A DNA stretch of 63,854 nt, the filler included, from Octopus bimaculoides (lineage: Eukaryota): NCBI RefSeq assembly GCF_001194135.2. It is 7 parts of 7 records of this genome, joined end to end, with 100 filler letters (N's around TTAATTAATTAA, not from the genome) between each part and the next. Parts side by side here need not be neighbours in the genome. Positions count along the whole stretch, not along the records: positions 43,766 to 58,861 come from NC_068989.1; positions 58,962 to 61,178 come from NW_026310618.1; positions 61,279 to 62,579 come from NC_068987.1; positions 62,680 to 63,854 come from NC_068986.1; 3 more parts are not named here. One strand, given 5' to 3'. Numbering within the stretch: position 1 is the stretch's first letter; every line of letters begins with the position of its first letter. A model generated the notes under the pieces. That model was given only the letters and a program-made list of their open reading frames with translations. It did not search any database and had not been told where the DNA came from. The position numbers and the translations under genes are program-made. This document shows positions 50,976-63,521 of the stretch, one piece after another.

Positions 50976-51123
50976 GTATGTATGTATATCAAAAGTGATT
51001 CACGACAAAATAGCAAAAATAATATTAGAAATATAAACATAACAGAAAAAAATTGTATTAACAAATAAAAATTATAGTATATATTAAAGTTTAAACGAAT
51101 TTCTGAATTACGTTCATTGTGTG

Positions 51124-51173
<50 letters not shown>

Positions 51174-51378
51174 CGTGTGCGCGCGTGCGTGTAGTACACG
51201 CTTCTTTATTTCATCAAATTTGCCATAAAGGCATTACATAGATAGAAGCAAATGCGGGCTGGACAACAACACAAATGAAATGAATGATGAGCAAAATAAT
51301 TTATGAAGGAAGCAGACGACGCCCGCCGATCGATGCTTCCCGAAAACATTGTTCTTTTTTCTCTTTTATAAAACCAAT

Positions 51379-51538
51379 TGAGGTTATAAACCTCTTACTA
51401 TAGTTCATTGGGACACAAGGTCCTTTCAAATGAGGCACTAAGCCTCTTACATTTTTCACAAATGGACTCCACGTTCTTATAAAATGAGGCAATAAGCCTC
51501 TTACCTTTTTTACAACTCGAGGCATTAAAGCCTCTTAT
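51379..51538. repeat. Array of four 20-21-bp palindromic units with unique spacers
   Basis: TGAGGTTATAAACCTCTTAC, TGAGGCACTAAGCCTCTTAC, TGAGGCAATAAGCCTCTTAC, CGAGGCATTAAAGCCTCTTAT; spacers 32, 34 and 13 nt. Confidence 0.75.
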
Positions 51539-52534
51539 TTCCATGCCCGACTAGGCATACTACCTCATTCAAGCACCTGGACGGTGCCAAGTCGAGACAC
51601 GCTTTTTGAGAAACAAGTATGCGCTTGTTTGTATAGATAGACAAATAAGAAGATAGTAGACGCGGTAGACACACATGGCGTAGTTGAAATCTCTTGTAAA
51701 ATCTTGTGACAGGACTCGTTATATTTGTTTTAAATAATATCAGTAGTATTCGTGTAAATTCCACGGCCCGTTTTCTGCTACAGTGTCAGCCATGAACATC
51801 TCTTCACTCGCAAATATCATGCAGTCATTTCTTTCTTTCATAATTCTTTGAATAATTTCTCGGAAATTTTTATTTTCTTCAGTCAAGTATTCTCTTCAAG
51901 CATGTTTTCTCATTTTGGCTCGCGCAAAATATTCATCTTCGATCATATCTTACCTTCGATCATATCTCACCTCTCATTTTGGTTTAGGCAAAATAATCAT
52001 CTTCGATCATATCTTACCTTCTTTCTTGATTAGTAATTCTCATTCTTTTCCTATTAGTAATTCTCATTCTTTTCCATACAACATCTACGTCCATTTTCTT
52101 ACTTAGTTAATGCTTCTTATCGTTCGCAGTTCTCTCTTTATTTGTAATTCTTATTTTTCTCTTTGCCCTTTTCCCCAATCTTTCCTAATATTTTCCTCGC
52201 CTCTTTCGAGCTAATTTTTGCTGTCGTTCTTTCTGATCATTATCCGTAGTAACTTACCAAACTCCGTTTTGGTAATAAAATAATTTAAGAAGCAAATTGA
52301 TGGTAACAGGACATACCGCTACACATCTTTTACGAAGTAAGAAACATGGTAACATAGTCAGAAAAATTTCATATCTACGTGTACTCATACACACACTGAC
52401 ACGCTTGTGAATGATTAGGATGCGCTCATATACGCATACTCCCACACTCTCTCATAAATACAACCACAGAGTTTGCATAAGTGCCAATAACGTTTGTATG
52501 TCTTAGTGTCTGTATATACCAGCAACTTTCGTCT

Positions 52535-52602
<68 letters not shown>

Positions 52603-52999
52603 ATCGCAGAGCTGAACAGATATTTTACACCACAGGAATTTATCGTTAGCACTTTAATATAATAGATTTTGTAAAGTTTCAACTTGAATCTTGAATTCAA
52701 TGTAGCTGTTATACAACCTTTTAATACATGTTGGCATAACTTACCAGCTAACATTGCTAAGAATATAAAGTATAGCTGCGTATAAGATTTTGCTGTTGTC
52801 AGTGCACAGTTTTTGTATTATAAATAGATACTGAATTCAGAATGTAGTAGTGGCGAAGCATTGACAGTAATTTACTGTTGTCTGGCTTTTCATTATAATT
52901 CGCAGTTCCTCAAGCAAATCGTTGATACATAAAACTTCAAACTCTCCATTGATACTAATAACACCAAATCTTTTTACTTCCTCTAACTTCCATTCTTCG

Positions 53000-53038
<39 letters not shown>

Positions 53039-53768
53039 NNNNNNNNNNNNNNNNNNNNNNNNNNNNNNNNNNNNNNNNNNNNNNNNNNNNNNNNNNNNNN
53101 NNNNNNNNNNNNNNNNNNNNNNNNNNNNNNNNNNNNNNNNNNNNNNNNNNNNNNNNNNNNNNNNNNNNNNNNNNNNNNNNNNNNNNNNNNNNNNNNNNNN
53201 NNNNNNNNNNNNNNNNNNNNNNNNNNNNNNNNNNNNNNNNNNNNNNNNNNNNNNNNNNNNNNNNNNNNNNNNNNNNNNNNNNNNNNNNNNNNNNNNNNNN
53301 NNNNNNNNNNNNNNNNNNNNNNNNNNNNNNNNNNNNNNNNNNNNNNATATATATATATATAATTTCTTTCTCTCTAGTTGCTACATTTTATATCCATTAG
53401 CCCATCATCATTACTTTGATCTTATTTCTTCCTTTTTTCATTGCCGGTTATACTATCTTTTATAATCTGATGAAGCTTTTGTCTTTGATTTCCGTTTTAG
53501 TTTCGCTTTTTTTGGTTTGTTTGTTTTTTTTTCAATGGAAAACGGAATTCAATTTATTGCTATTTTCCAACTCAAATAATCTTTAGTAAGTCTCTGTGTC
53601 CTCACATTCAACAAAAAGGTTAGAAACTGAGCAAGCATTTGTATTATTGTAACATCTGTCTGTAGTTTCGTGAGTGCCTATAATTGAAGAGAGGAGGGAC
53701 GAATGTAATGATTACATTCTTATCGAGGCGGTGTATATCAAGAAAGTCATGATTTTAGCGATATGCTA

Positions 53769-53915
53769 TATCGATATAATGTATAGAAAAGTAACAGAGA
53801 AGACACGATGCGGTAACAAGTAGGAATATGAAATGAACAAACTCAGCAAGCTATAGGCTACTGAAACAGGATCAAAAACGATCGACACATATTCACCGCT
53901 ATTAAGATGGCTGCC
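53769..53915. promoter_or_regulatory. Possible promoter segment: DRE (TATCGATA, 53769-53776) and a YY1-like motif (AAGATGGCTGCC, 53904-53915)
   Basis: Motif matches in unique, non-repeat DNA; no transcript evidence. Confidence 0.25.
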
Positions 53916-54528
53916 AAAAATCAGATTTTCACTGTGCCTCGTATTTCTACTTTTAATTTTCGGTTTTCTCACGTTTCTCTCTTCTAAGAAAAAGTTCTAT
54001 ATCGCAAATGAGCTTCCTTCCTATTATAGTTATGATTTTAATTGATTAAACATGATTTTCGGCTCACTCCATCAAGTAAAGTAGCTTGATTTAACTGTAT
54101 GTTCCTCATGCTCTAGAATTTTCCACTGATATTCTTTTAATTTTCTTAATCAGTAAACTTTCTGCATACACAAAACTATTTCTATTAGTCGTTTGAGATC
54201 TTTGCAGCTACAAAATGGACAATGCTTTGAAATATTCACTCTCCTCCATTTACTCTTTGACTAATTCAAATTTAAGAAGTTCAACTTAACAATATGTTCT
54301 CTATGTAGAAGTCACCATTGGAAAAAATTATCTTACTTACAAAGTAAGGCGGACGGGCAACTTCTTGGCATTAGTAAAATACTAGAAGGTCAATCTAATC
54401 AACTCTTACTATTTCTCAAAATGTGTAACCTTTATCTCATCATAGAAATCATTATTATTGTTTAATGATATATAATAGATATAAACTTCAGAACAATGAT
54501 TCGGGTTCATTGATGATTTATATATATA

Positions 54529-55454
54529 TTAGGTTGTTTCACGTGAAATGTCATATTTGAAAGGTAACAATAAAATGTTTCATAAGTGTTAGAGAACTGA
54601 TTTATTTAATCAAATTATGATCCATGTTCATTTATGACGTTTACCCAACGTTTCTCTATGTCAAATATTCCATCTTTAAAAAACATTCATCTCTTGCTGT
54701 GATAAACTGTCCGAATGCTTCAATGTTTAAGAATGTTTTATTGCTTATGAAAAGCTCAAAATGCTTTAAATAAGTGATGACAAGTAGGAAAGATATCAGG
54801 GAAACAGGAGGGATGTTGCAAAATCTCATAATTCAGGCTTCGCAACTTTTGGACCGTAGCTTGAGGAGTGTGAGGACGTGCATTGTCGTGGAGCAAAATT
54901 GGGCCATCTCTATTCACTAGTCTGGGTTGCTTCTTTTTCCAATTCTCATGCATACAATCAATTTCCTGGCAACACGATGTTGCTGTTACCGTTTTTCCTT
55001 GTTGCAGAAATGAATAATTAATAACTCTCTTCGCAGACCACCATACAGTGACCACTAACTGTTTAGAGAGCAATGGTGAGTTTGGGTAGTGTTTAGGTGA
55101 CTCTCCTGCATTTAATCTGTCATGTCATCTTGCTGTTGTCAAAGAGAATCCATTTTTCATCACAAGTAATGATTTGATGCAAAAATGGTCTTTTTCCAGT
55201 CGAGAAAGCAATAAGGAGCACACTTCGAGGCATCTGTTTTTTTTGTTTGTTTTTTGTTTTTTGTTTTCTTAATCTCGTTCAGTTGATGTGGAACAAACCC
55301 ATGTGTTTTCTTGACTCTTCCAGTTTTTTACAAGTGTCCAAAAACAGTTGTGCGAGATGTTTGGAGTTCTGATGAAAGTTTTCGAACATTTGTTCTCGGA
55401 TTTTGTTCAACCAAAGCATTTAATCCATCATGCTGAATAACTGATTTTGGCCTA
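54529..55454 (-). mobile_element. Mariner DNA transposon, decayed; the 5' end lies in a gap
   Basis: TCDEKW..VTVWW..LLHDNARPHT..HPSCFPDIFP (compare YSPDLAP); terminal repeat ttaggttgtttcacgtgaaatg next to a TA/(TA)n target. Confidence 0.9.
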
Positions 55455-55942
55455 NNNNNNNNNNNNNNNNNNNNNNNNNNNNNNNNNNNNNNNNNNNNNN
55501 NNNNNNNNNNNNNNNNNNNNNNNNNNNNNNNNNNNNNNNNNNNNNNNNNNNNNNNNNNNNNNNNNNNNNNNNNNNNNNNNNNNNNNNNNNNNNNNNNNNN
55601 NNNNNNNNNNNNNNNNNNNNNNNNNNNNNNNNNNNNNNNNNNNNNNNNNNNNNNNNNNNNNNNNNNNNNNNNNNNNNNNNNNNNNNNNNNNNNNNNNNNN
55701 NNNNNNNNNNNNNNNNNNNNNNNNNNNNNNNNNNNNNNNNNNNNNNNNNNNNNNNNNNNNNNNNNNNNNNNNNNNNNNNNNNNNNNNNNNNNNNNNNNNN
55801 NNNNNNNNNNNNNNNNNNNNNNNNNNNNNNNNNNNNNNNNNNNNNNNNNNNNNNNNNNNNNNNNNNNNNNNNNNNNNNNNNNNNNNNNNNNNNNNNNNNN
55901 NNNNNNNNNNNNNNNNNNNNNNNNNNNNNNNNNNNNNNNNNN

Positions 55943-55973
<31 letters not shown>

Positions 55974-55999
55974 ATATATATATATATATATATCGTTTA

Positions 56000-56363
56000 T
56001 CTTTTGTCGTTTATTTGCTTCGGTCATTAGAATGGGACACCGCCTTGAAGAATTTTTAGTCAAACAAATCGATCCCAGTACTCTTTTAAAGCATAGTACT
56101 TATTCTATTGGTTTCTTTTACCGAACGGGGACGTAAACAAACCAGTACTGCTTGTCAAGCGGTTGGGCGAAGACAAACACAAAGACACACAGAGATATAT
56201 GTATATATACTACGGGCTTCTTTCAGTCTCTGTCTGCCAAATTCACTCACAAAGCTTTGGTCGACCCGAAGCTATAGTAAAAGCCACTTGCCCAAGGTGC
56301 CACGCAGTAGGACTGAGCCTAGAACCATGTGGTTAGGAAGCAAGCTTCTTATCACATAGCCAC
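56000..56363 (-). mobile_element. SINE family B, decayed
   Basis: Same head and body with small deletions. Confidence 0.8.
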
Positions 56364-56531
56364 TTCTTATCACATATACACACATTAATATCGAACGGTG
56401 ATAAGTGCTCAACACTGCATTAGTGGATACATATTCTTTATTCGTGTTTTTCTTCAAGATGGAGACTTGAATAACTATCTTTATCAACATGAAACTAATG
56501 TGTATATTTGTGGCTGAAAGAATGTTTTATG

Positions 56532-56562
<31 letters not shown>

Positions 56563-56829
56563 TGTATGTATGTATGCACGTATGCATGCATGTATATATG
56601 TGTGCATGGATGTATGTATGTAAGAAAGAGAAAGAAAATGGAATTCATGAGATTATTGAACACTACAATCGTTTTGACCCATAATACATCGGTCCCTCAC
56701 GGGTGAGATGCTATACAAACAGTTGTGCATCATTGGTGCAAATGTGTCTCTTCATCTGACTCGTAAGAAAGTACCTCATTTTTTAATCTCATGCAAGCAT
56801 GTATGTAAACAGACAGACAGACAGACAGT

Positions 56830-56916
<87 letters not shown>

Positions 56917-57399
56917 GAACTCCCAGATGCTCAAAATTAATTGAAGTATCCATGACGTGACACCTTCACTTTATGCAACAAAAATCGAATCTAGCAACAT
57001 GAAAGCAACATCGTAGCTCTCAGAGACACCAAATTACTTCATCGGATATATGATTCAGAGCTCGAGGCCAATGAAGTTACATACGGTATATCGGATTGGT
57101 TTTATTTGATTTCGTTTTTATTGGGATTTATTTTAACAGTTTAACTACTTTTACTATCAAAAACAGTGTGAACATGCACTCCATTGAAATTCAAAACAAT
57201 GCAAGAAATATTTTAAAGAGCAAGAAGATACATCACACGGATTTCAAAGATATTCGAAGATATTTCGAAATAGATTTTTAAAGTCATGACTAAAAAATCG
57301 AAATCATAAGACGATGGAGCTGGTGATGATGTTGAAATGTGTTTGGGTGTGTGTTTGTCTGTCTGCATCTACATAAACGCATACATATAGACATGTGTG

Positions 57400-57457
<58 letters not shown>

Positions 57458-58794
57458 NNNNNNNNNNNNNNNNNNNNNNNNNNNNNNNNNNNNNNNNNNN
57501 NNNNNNNNNNNNNNNNNNNNNNNNNNNNNNNNNNNNNNNNNNNNNNNNNNNNNNNNNNNNNNNNNNNNNNNNNNNNNNNNNNNNNNNNNNNNNNNNNNNN
57601 NNNNNNNNNNNNNNNNNNNNNNNNNNNNNNNNNNNNNNNNNNNNNNNNNNNNNNNNNNNNNNNNNNNNNNNNNNNNNNNNNNNNNNNNNNNNNNNNNNNN
57701 NNNNNNNNNNNNNNNNNNNNNNNNNNNNNNNNNNNNNNNNNNNNNNNNNNNNNNNNNNNNNNNNNNNNNNNNNNNNNNNNNNNNNNNNNNNNNNNNNNNN
57801 NNNNNNNNNNNNNNNNNNNNNNNNNNNNNNNNNNNNNNNNNNNNNNNNNNNNNNNNNNNNNNNNNNNNNNNNNNNNNNNNNNNNNNNNNNNNNNNNNNNN
57901 NNNNNNNNNNNNNNNNNNNNNNNNNNNNNNNNNNNNNNNNNNNNNNNNNNNNNNNNNNNNNNNNNNNNNNNNNNNNNNNNNNNNNNNNNNNNNNNNNNNN
58001 NNNNNNNNNNNNNNNNNNNNNNNNNNNNNNNNNNNNNNNNNNNNNNNNNNNNNNNNNNNNNNNNNNNNNNNNNNNNNNNNNNNNNNNNNNNNNNNNNNNN
58101 NNNNNNNNNNNNNNNNNNNNNNNNNNNNNNNNNNNNNNNNNNNNNNNNNNNNNNNNNNNNNNNNNNNNNNNNNNNNNNNNNNNNNNNNNNNNNNNNNNNN
58201 NNNNNNNNNNNNNNNNNNNNNNNNNNNNNNNNNNNNNNNNNNNNNNNNNNNNNNNNNNNNNNNNNNNNNNNNNNNNNNNNNNNNNNNNNNNNNNNNNNNN
58301 NNNNNNNNNNNNNNNNNNNNNNNNNNNNNNNNNNNNNNNNNNNNNNNNNNNNNNNNNNNNNNNNNNNNNNNNNNNNNNNNNNNNNNNNNNNNNNNNNNNN
58401 NNNNNNNNNNNNNNNATATATATATATATATACATACACATGCATATATGGGTACAGGACGTCACCAACAGTAAACAACATGGAATTCGAAAGTAAATGA
58501 GTTCAATACGCAAACAACGAGAGAAACAAATTGAAAACAGGACAAGTAACATAAAAAACGACCCCTCATCAGTTGTCGGCTATCTACTCCTCATTTTGAG
58601 CATTGAACGACAATATGAGTCTTCGAAGACAACTGTTCCCATAAGTGACAAAATAAAATTTGGGAATTATGGAGGGTCAAAGCTGGCAAAACAAAAAAAG
58701 GGCATTGGAGACATACAAGGAAACCGAAGGAAAACAAACATGGAGGGTCGTTAGACCAGAATGAGGGTAAAACAGTGAACGCTTTGTATGTGTG

Positions 58795-58861
<67 letters not shown>

Positions 58862-58961
58862 NNNNNNNNNNNNNNNNNNNNNNNNNNNNNNNNNNNNNNN
58901 NNNNNTTAATTAATTAANNNNNNNNNNNNNNNNNNNNNNNNNNNNNNNNNNNNNNNNNNNN

Positions 58962-59420
58962 TCACCACACAGTGTTAAGCGGACAGCAGAACTCGAGGCA
59001 ATTCAGCGTCATTACACAAAAAAGATTGCCACAGTCCAACAGATAAACAACAGAGAGCGACTGAAAGCACTAGGTCTCTACTCCCTGGAGTGCAGGCGGG
59101 AGAGATATGTAATAATATACATATGGCAAATACTGGTAGGACTGGTGCCAAACTTTGGCATCATGTGCTACAAGAATGCCCACACAGGTCGCCACTGCAT
59201 GGTACCAAAGATGCCATCCACTGCATCTCACATAAGAACGAGGTACTGCAACAGCCTCGGTTTCAGAAGACCTCAGCTCTTTAATGCCCTGCCAAAACAT
59301 TTGAGAGACCTGCAAGACATGGATATAGAGGTCTTCAAGACAAAACTCAACGTTTTCCTCTCCAAGATACCAGACGAACCAAAGAAGAAATGTTACGCAT
59401 AAGTGGGCTGGCTACATCCG
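58962..59420 (+). mobile_element. CR1-like LINE ORF2 C-terminal part
   Basis: TAELEAIQRHYTKKI..RERLKALGLYSLECRRERY..FNALPKHLRDL..FKTKLNVFLSKIPDEP. A second short copy of its start lies at 59684-59770. Confidence 0.85.
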
Positions 59421-59421
59421 T

Positions 59422-59475
59422 GGCAGAGGCCTTGGATTTTGGTCTATCCCCGGCAGAGGCCTTGGATTTTGGTCT
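59422..59475. repeat. Tandem duplication, 24-bp core with period 30
   Basis: ggcagaggccttggattttggtct occurs twice, at the CR1/RTE junction. Confidence 0.85.
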
Positions 59476-59479
59476 CACT

Positions 59480-59672
59480 TGGCTTGCCGGGTCTTCTCAC
59501 ACACAGCATATTTCCAAAGATCATGCTTCACCACCTCATCACCAGTCTTCCGGGGCCTGCCTCTTCCACGGGTTCCCTCAACTGCTAGGGTGTGGCACTT
59601 TTTCACACAGCTATCCTCATCCATTCTCGCCACATGTCCACACCAGCACAATCGTCTCTCTTGCACCAATAT
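59480..59672 (-). mobile_element. RTE LINE C-terminal fragment
   Basis: RRLCWCGHVARMDEDSCVKKC..VEGTRGRGRPRKTGDEVVKHDL. Confidence 0.75.
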
Positions 59673-59853
59673 ATCTATACATATAAGCGGACAGCAGAAC
59701 TCGAAGCAATTCAGCGTCACAATACAAAGGAGATTGCCACAGTCCAGCAGATGAACTACAGGGAGCGACATACATACATACACACATATATATATATATA
59801 CACACACACACACATATATATACACACACACACATATATACACACACACACAC

Positions 59854-59888
<35 letters not shown>

Positions 59889-60292
59889 TATANNNNNNNN
59901 NNNNNNNNNNNNNNNNNNNNNNNNNNNNNNNNNNNNNNNNNNNNNNNNNNNNNNNNNNNNNNNNNNNNNNNNNNNNNNNNNNNNNNNNNNNNNNNNNNNN
60001 NNNNNNNNNNNNNNNNNNNNNNNNNNNNNNNNNNNNNNNNNNNNNNNNNNNNNNNNNNNNNNNNNNNNNNNNNNNNNNNNNNNNNNNNNNNNNNNNNNNN
60101 NNNNNNNNNNNNNNNNNNNNNNNNNNNNNNNNNNNNNNNNNNNNNNNNNNNNNNNNNNNNNNNNNNNNNNNNNNNNNNNNNNNNNNNNNNNNNNACACAC
60201 ACACACACATATATACACACACACACATATATATACACACACACACATATATATACACACACACACACATATATATACACACACACACACAC

Positions 60293-60349
<57 letters not shown>

Positions 60350-60714
60350 CACACATATATATAAGAAGGGGACTGGACTCATGTTTGCAAATAATGGCAA
60401 TTTGAAAATTGTAAGAATTGATGGTTTAAAATTATTTTTAATGCAAAAATTCACGTATTCAGAAGCAACCAAACAAAAAAATAAATGGCCGGTTCCGGGC
60501 ATCTTCGACCATGAGGAATCCATTGGTGCGAATCCCAGATTGCTATCTTGTAAGTTATGGATTTCTATAGATACAACACACACACACACTCACAAACTGA
60601 GCTATACTATATTTATAGATATAGATTATAGATAGATACATATATATAAATATATATATATACATATATATATACATACATATATGTATATGTACGTACA
60701 TATATATAGGCGGC

Positions 60715-61178
60715 TCAGAACAGATGTCTTCCATAGAGTCGACATGACTTTTTGATCCCTTGTTCGGAATGTCCTCATTATCCACCCTGCCAGTTGTCTG
60801 CACTTTGCTGTCAACTTGACAATGTGCATGTGAAATGTTGCATCACTACACATATTGATGCCCAGGTCTCTTACTGTTTGTGGTTCTGGGATTGCAGTAC
60901 TTCAAGGTCCTGTGTATGCCAGTTGGGAGACACTTGTGACCTTGTAGTGCAGTACTTGAAATTTTTTTGCATTGAACTGCATGTTATTTTGCTCTGCCCA
61001 CTTGTATATTGCATTTAGGTCATTCTGCAGGCTTATGATATTATCAGGATTCTTTATTGCCTGAGATAGTTTTGTGTCATCAGCGTAGCTAATGACAGTG
61101 GCTCTCCGAGTGACCGTAGGCATGTCCGGAAGGGCCACTATGAACAGTAGTGGCCCCAGGACAGTTCCTTGCCGAACA
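60715..61178 (-). mobile_element. CR1-like LINE reverse transcriptase core
   Basis: QGTVLGPLLF..SYADDTKL..LQNDL..WAEQNNMQFNAKKFQVL..VRDLG..RTFRTRD..LWKTSVLSRL. Confidence 0.9.
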
Positions 61179-61474
61179 NNNNNNNNNNNNNNNNNNNNNN
61201 NNNNNNNNNNNNNNNNNNNNNNTTAATTAATTAANNNNNNNNNNNNNNNNNNNNNNNNNNNNNNNNNNNNNNNNNNNNAACAAGGATATCTAGAGGTAAT
61301 GCAGTACAATCGTTTCGTGCAATTCCATTTAATGGAACAATGCAATCATTACATTAATTTAAAATGCAGAGCAATCCTCAGCTGCACAAAGACATAGAAT
61401 TTAATTAAATTAGAACAGATGGACACTTTAGTATCATTATACCTAACATTCTATGCTGGAGTGGAGACAGCATG

Positions 61475-61605
61475 TTCTTTATCTCCTTAACTTCTTGTAT
61501 ATCCTTGCTAACTTCTTGGATATCCTTGCTTAACTTCTTGGACATCCTTGCATGTTTTTTGTCTATCTCTTTAACTTCTTGGATATACCTCTGGATATCC
61601 TTGCT
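61475..61605. repeat. Imperfect minisatellite (taacttcttggatatccttgc)
   Basis: Four to five degenerate 21-22-nt units. Confidence 0.6.
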
Positions 61606-62679
61606 GCTTCTTTTGATTTTAATCACCTTTTTTTTTTCGTTGACAGTCACTTTTTAATTTCTTCAATTTTTGTTCCAATTGATTTCATATTTGGTGTATT
61701 GGTGTAGTTTTGTAAAGTAATCATTGACGTGAAATTCATTTTCGCTATAGATAAATAAAGAGTTAATAGCTTTTAAAGTTTGTAAATTTTGGGTAATTTT
61801 AGCCAATCGAAAGCCACAAACATATAGGTGCCTGTTTCCATAGTAACAACCCAAGTTGTTACCAAGCTGCTTACCACGTGTTCTTTTTGTCGCTTATTAA
61901 ATACTTAAAACACATGTGGTATGAGGTGATCATGAGATGTGCTAAAAATAACACCTAAATAGGCGTTAAATCACACACGAAATGTTTTGATTTGGTTTTT
62001 GCATAATCGCATGAATTCCCGCGTGTAGGATACAAATTTGGAAAAATTTTCTGAAAATTCCCAGAAATAAAAAAAGTTATGAGAGGCTATATGTCGTGAA
62101 TAAAAAACCGAATTCTGCCAATATTTTATTTGTTTACAGTTGACAACACATGCTGTCATGCACAGAATGACAACTTCCAAATCCTGTTTTCTGACTGGGT
62201 AAAAATGATCAAACTTTAAATCTCTGTGACTTTTTTAAAATGTGAATTATCTTTTGAGATTCAGCATGGAAAATTACATCAATACACCAAATTTTAAAAT
62301 TTTCACTAAACTTCAAAATTTCCACAGGTGCTGCCAAACAGAAAAGACCCGTAGGGGGTTCTGTTAATAGAACTACTGAAACACTCGTCGAAAGCTTTTG
62401 TTTATAAATCTACTAGATCAAGGTGGCTCAAAGCTAAACACAACACCCTCCAAGCATATTGTTAACCTTTCAATAAACACCAATAAAACACTGCGTTCCC
62501 TTAAAAGGTGTTGTTGTTGTTGTGGTGTTGGTGGTGATGGTGCTGTTGTTGGTACTGTTGCTGCTGGAGATATGGTGGTNNNNNNNNNNNNNNNNNNNNN
62601 NNNNNNNNNNNNNNNNNNNNNNNTTAATTAATTAANNNNNNNNNNNNNNNNNNNNNNNNNNNNNNNNNNNNNNNNNNNN

Positions 62680-62771
<92 letters not shown>

Positions 62772-63355
62772 TTATATAGACATACATACATATATATACA
62801 TATGTATATATATATATGCCATGCGCACACACACACACATACACACAATATATATACATATGTATGTGTAGTGCATTTGTATGCTGATCAAAAATAAACT
62901 CACAATCTATATAAATGGTATCTTTGTTTATAATCTACTGTGAAAACATGACCAGCCATTGAGCTGTTTGTTTTTCAAAGGGACCACAGGAAATATTACT
63001 TTGTATGAAGACAGGTGAGGGCTGATGACAGAAAGAGCATCCAGTCACAGAAAATCTAACTCAACAAAGTTTCATCTGACCTATGAAAGTATAGGGAAGT
63101 GGAGATTATGAGAATGTCAAAGGTGGTTGCAGCAGCAGTGGCAAGGAGGAGGAGAAGGATATTTCAAGAATTTCTTTCCAAGTTTTCTTCAAGTTTTACC
63201 ATTTATTCTAAAATTACAATCATAATTAATGGATTTTGTTCTAATTTACTCTAATGTTCTTTTTACATTTCCATGTATTTTTGAGATAAGTTAGGCTTTT
63301 TTTTTTAAATAAACATAAATTTAAATACTCCTATTTAATTTCTTTATTCTTCTAG

Positions 63356-63521
63356 GTGCCTCCAGCTGAATTAGAAGCTCTATTAATTACACACCCTGAT
63401 ATTACAGACTGTGCTGTGATAGGTATCCCAGATGAGCAAGCTGGAGAATTACCTCGAGCTTATGTTGTCAGTAACAAAAAAAGCACCATACATGAGGAAG
63501 ATGTTTTGAATTTCGTTAAAG
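63356..63521 (+). CDS. Internal exon of a 4-coumarate-CoA ligase / luciferase-like AMP-dependent acyl-CoA synthetase (C-terminal AMP-binding domain)
   Basis: Acceptor ttctttattcttctag| and donor AAAG|gtttgc; phase 0 to 1. Translates [55 protein letters not shown], matching the V.PAELE..L..HP.I.D.AVIG.PDE.AGELP.A.VV motif of the 4CL/luciferase family. The ORF track's initial Met is really the GTG Val after the splice site. Confidence 0.93.

Noticed and set aside
51379-51538. CRISPR array interpretation
   Set aside because: Eukaryotic context, variable repeats, irregular spacers, no cas genes; kept only as a palindrome array.
58480-58580. CTGATGA-GGGGTC on the minus strand in a pLTR-like repeat
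   Set aside because: Stem II, GAAA and the cleavage triplet could not be assembled convincingly.
60360-60560. Open frame ..WPVPGIFDHEESIGANPRLLS with a donor-like gtaagt
   Set aside because: No ligase similarity; it more likely belongs to a dispersed repeat. Not testable here.
2562-60635. Long ORFs in the track (300-420 aa) and poly-YI/CV/HT/N/L peptides
   Set aside because: They are made of N gaps and di/trinucleotide microsatellites.
28621-62635. TTAATTAATTAA repeated six times
   Set aside because: It is always centred in a 100-nt N gap (44+12+44); a scaffolding linker, not biology.
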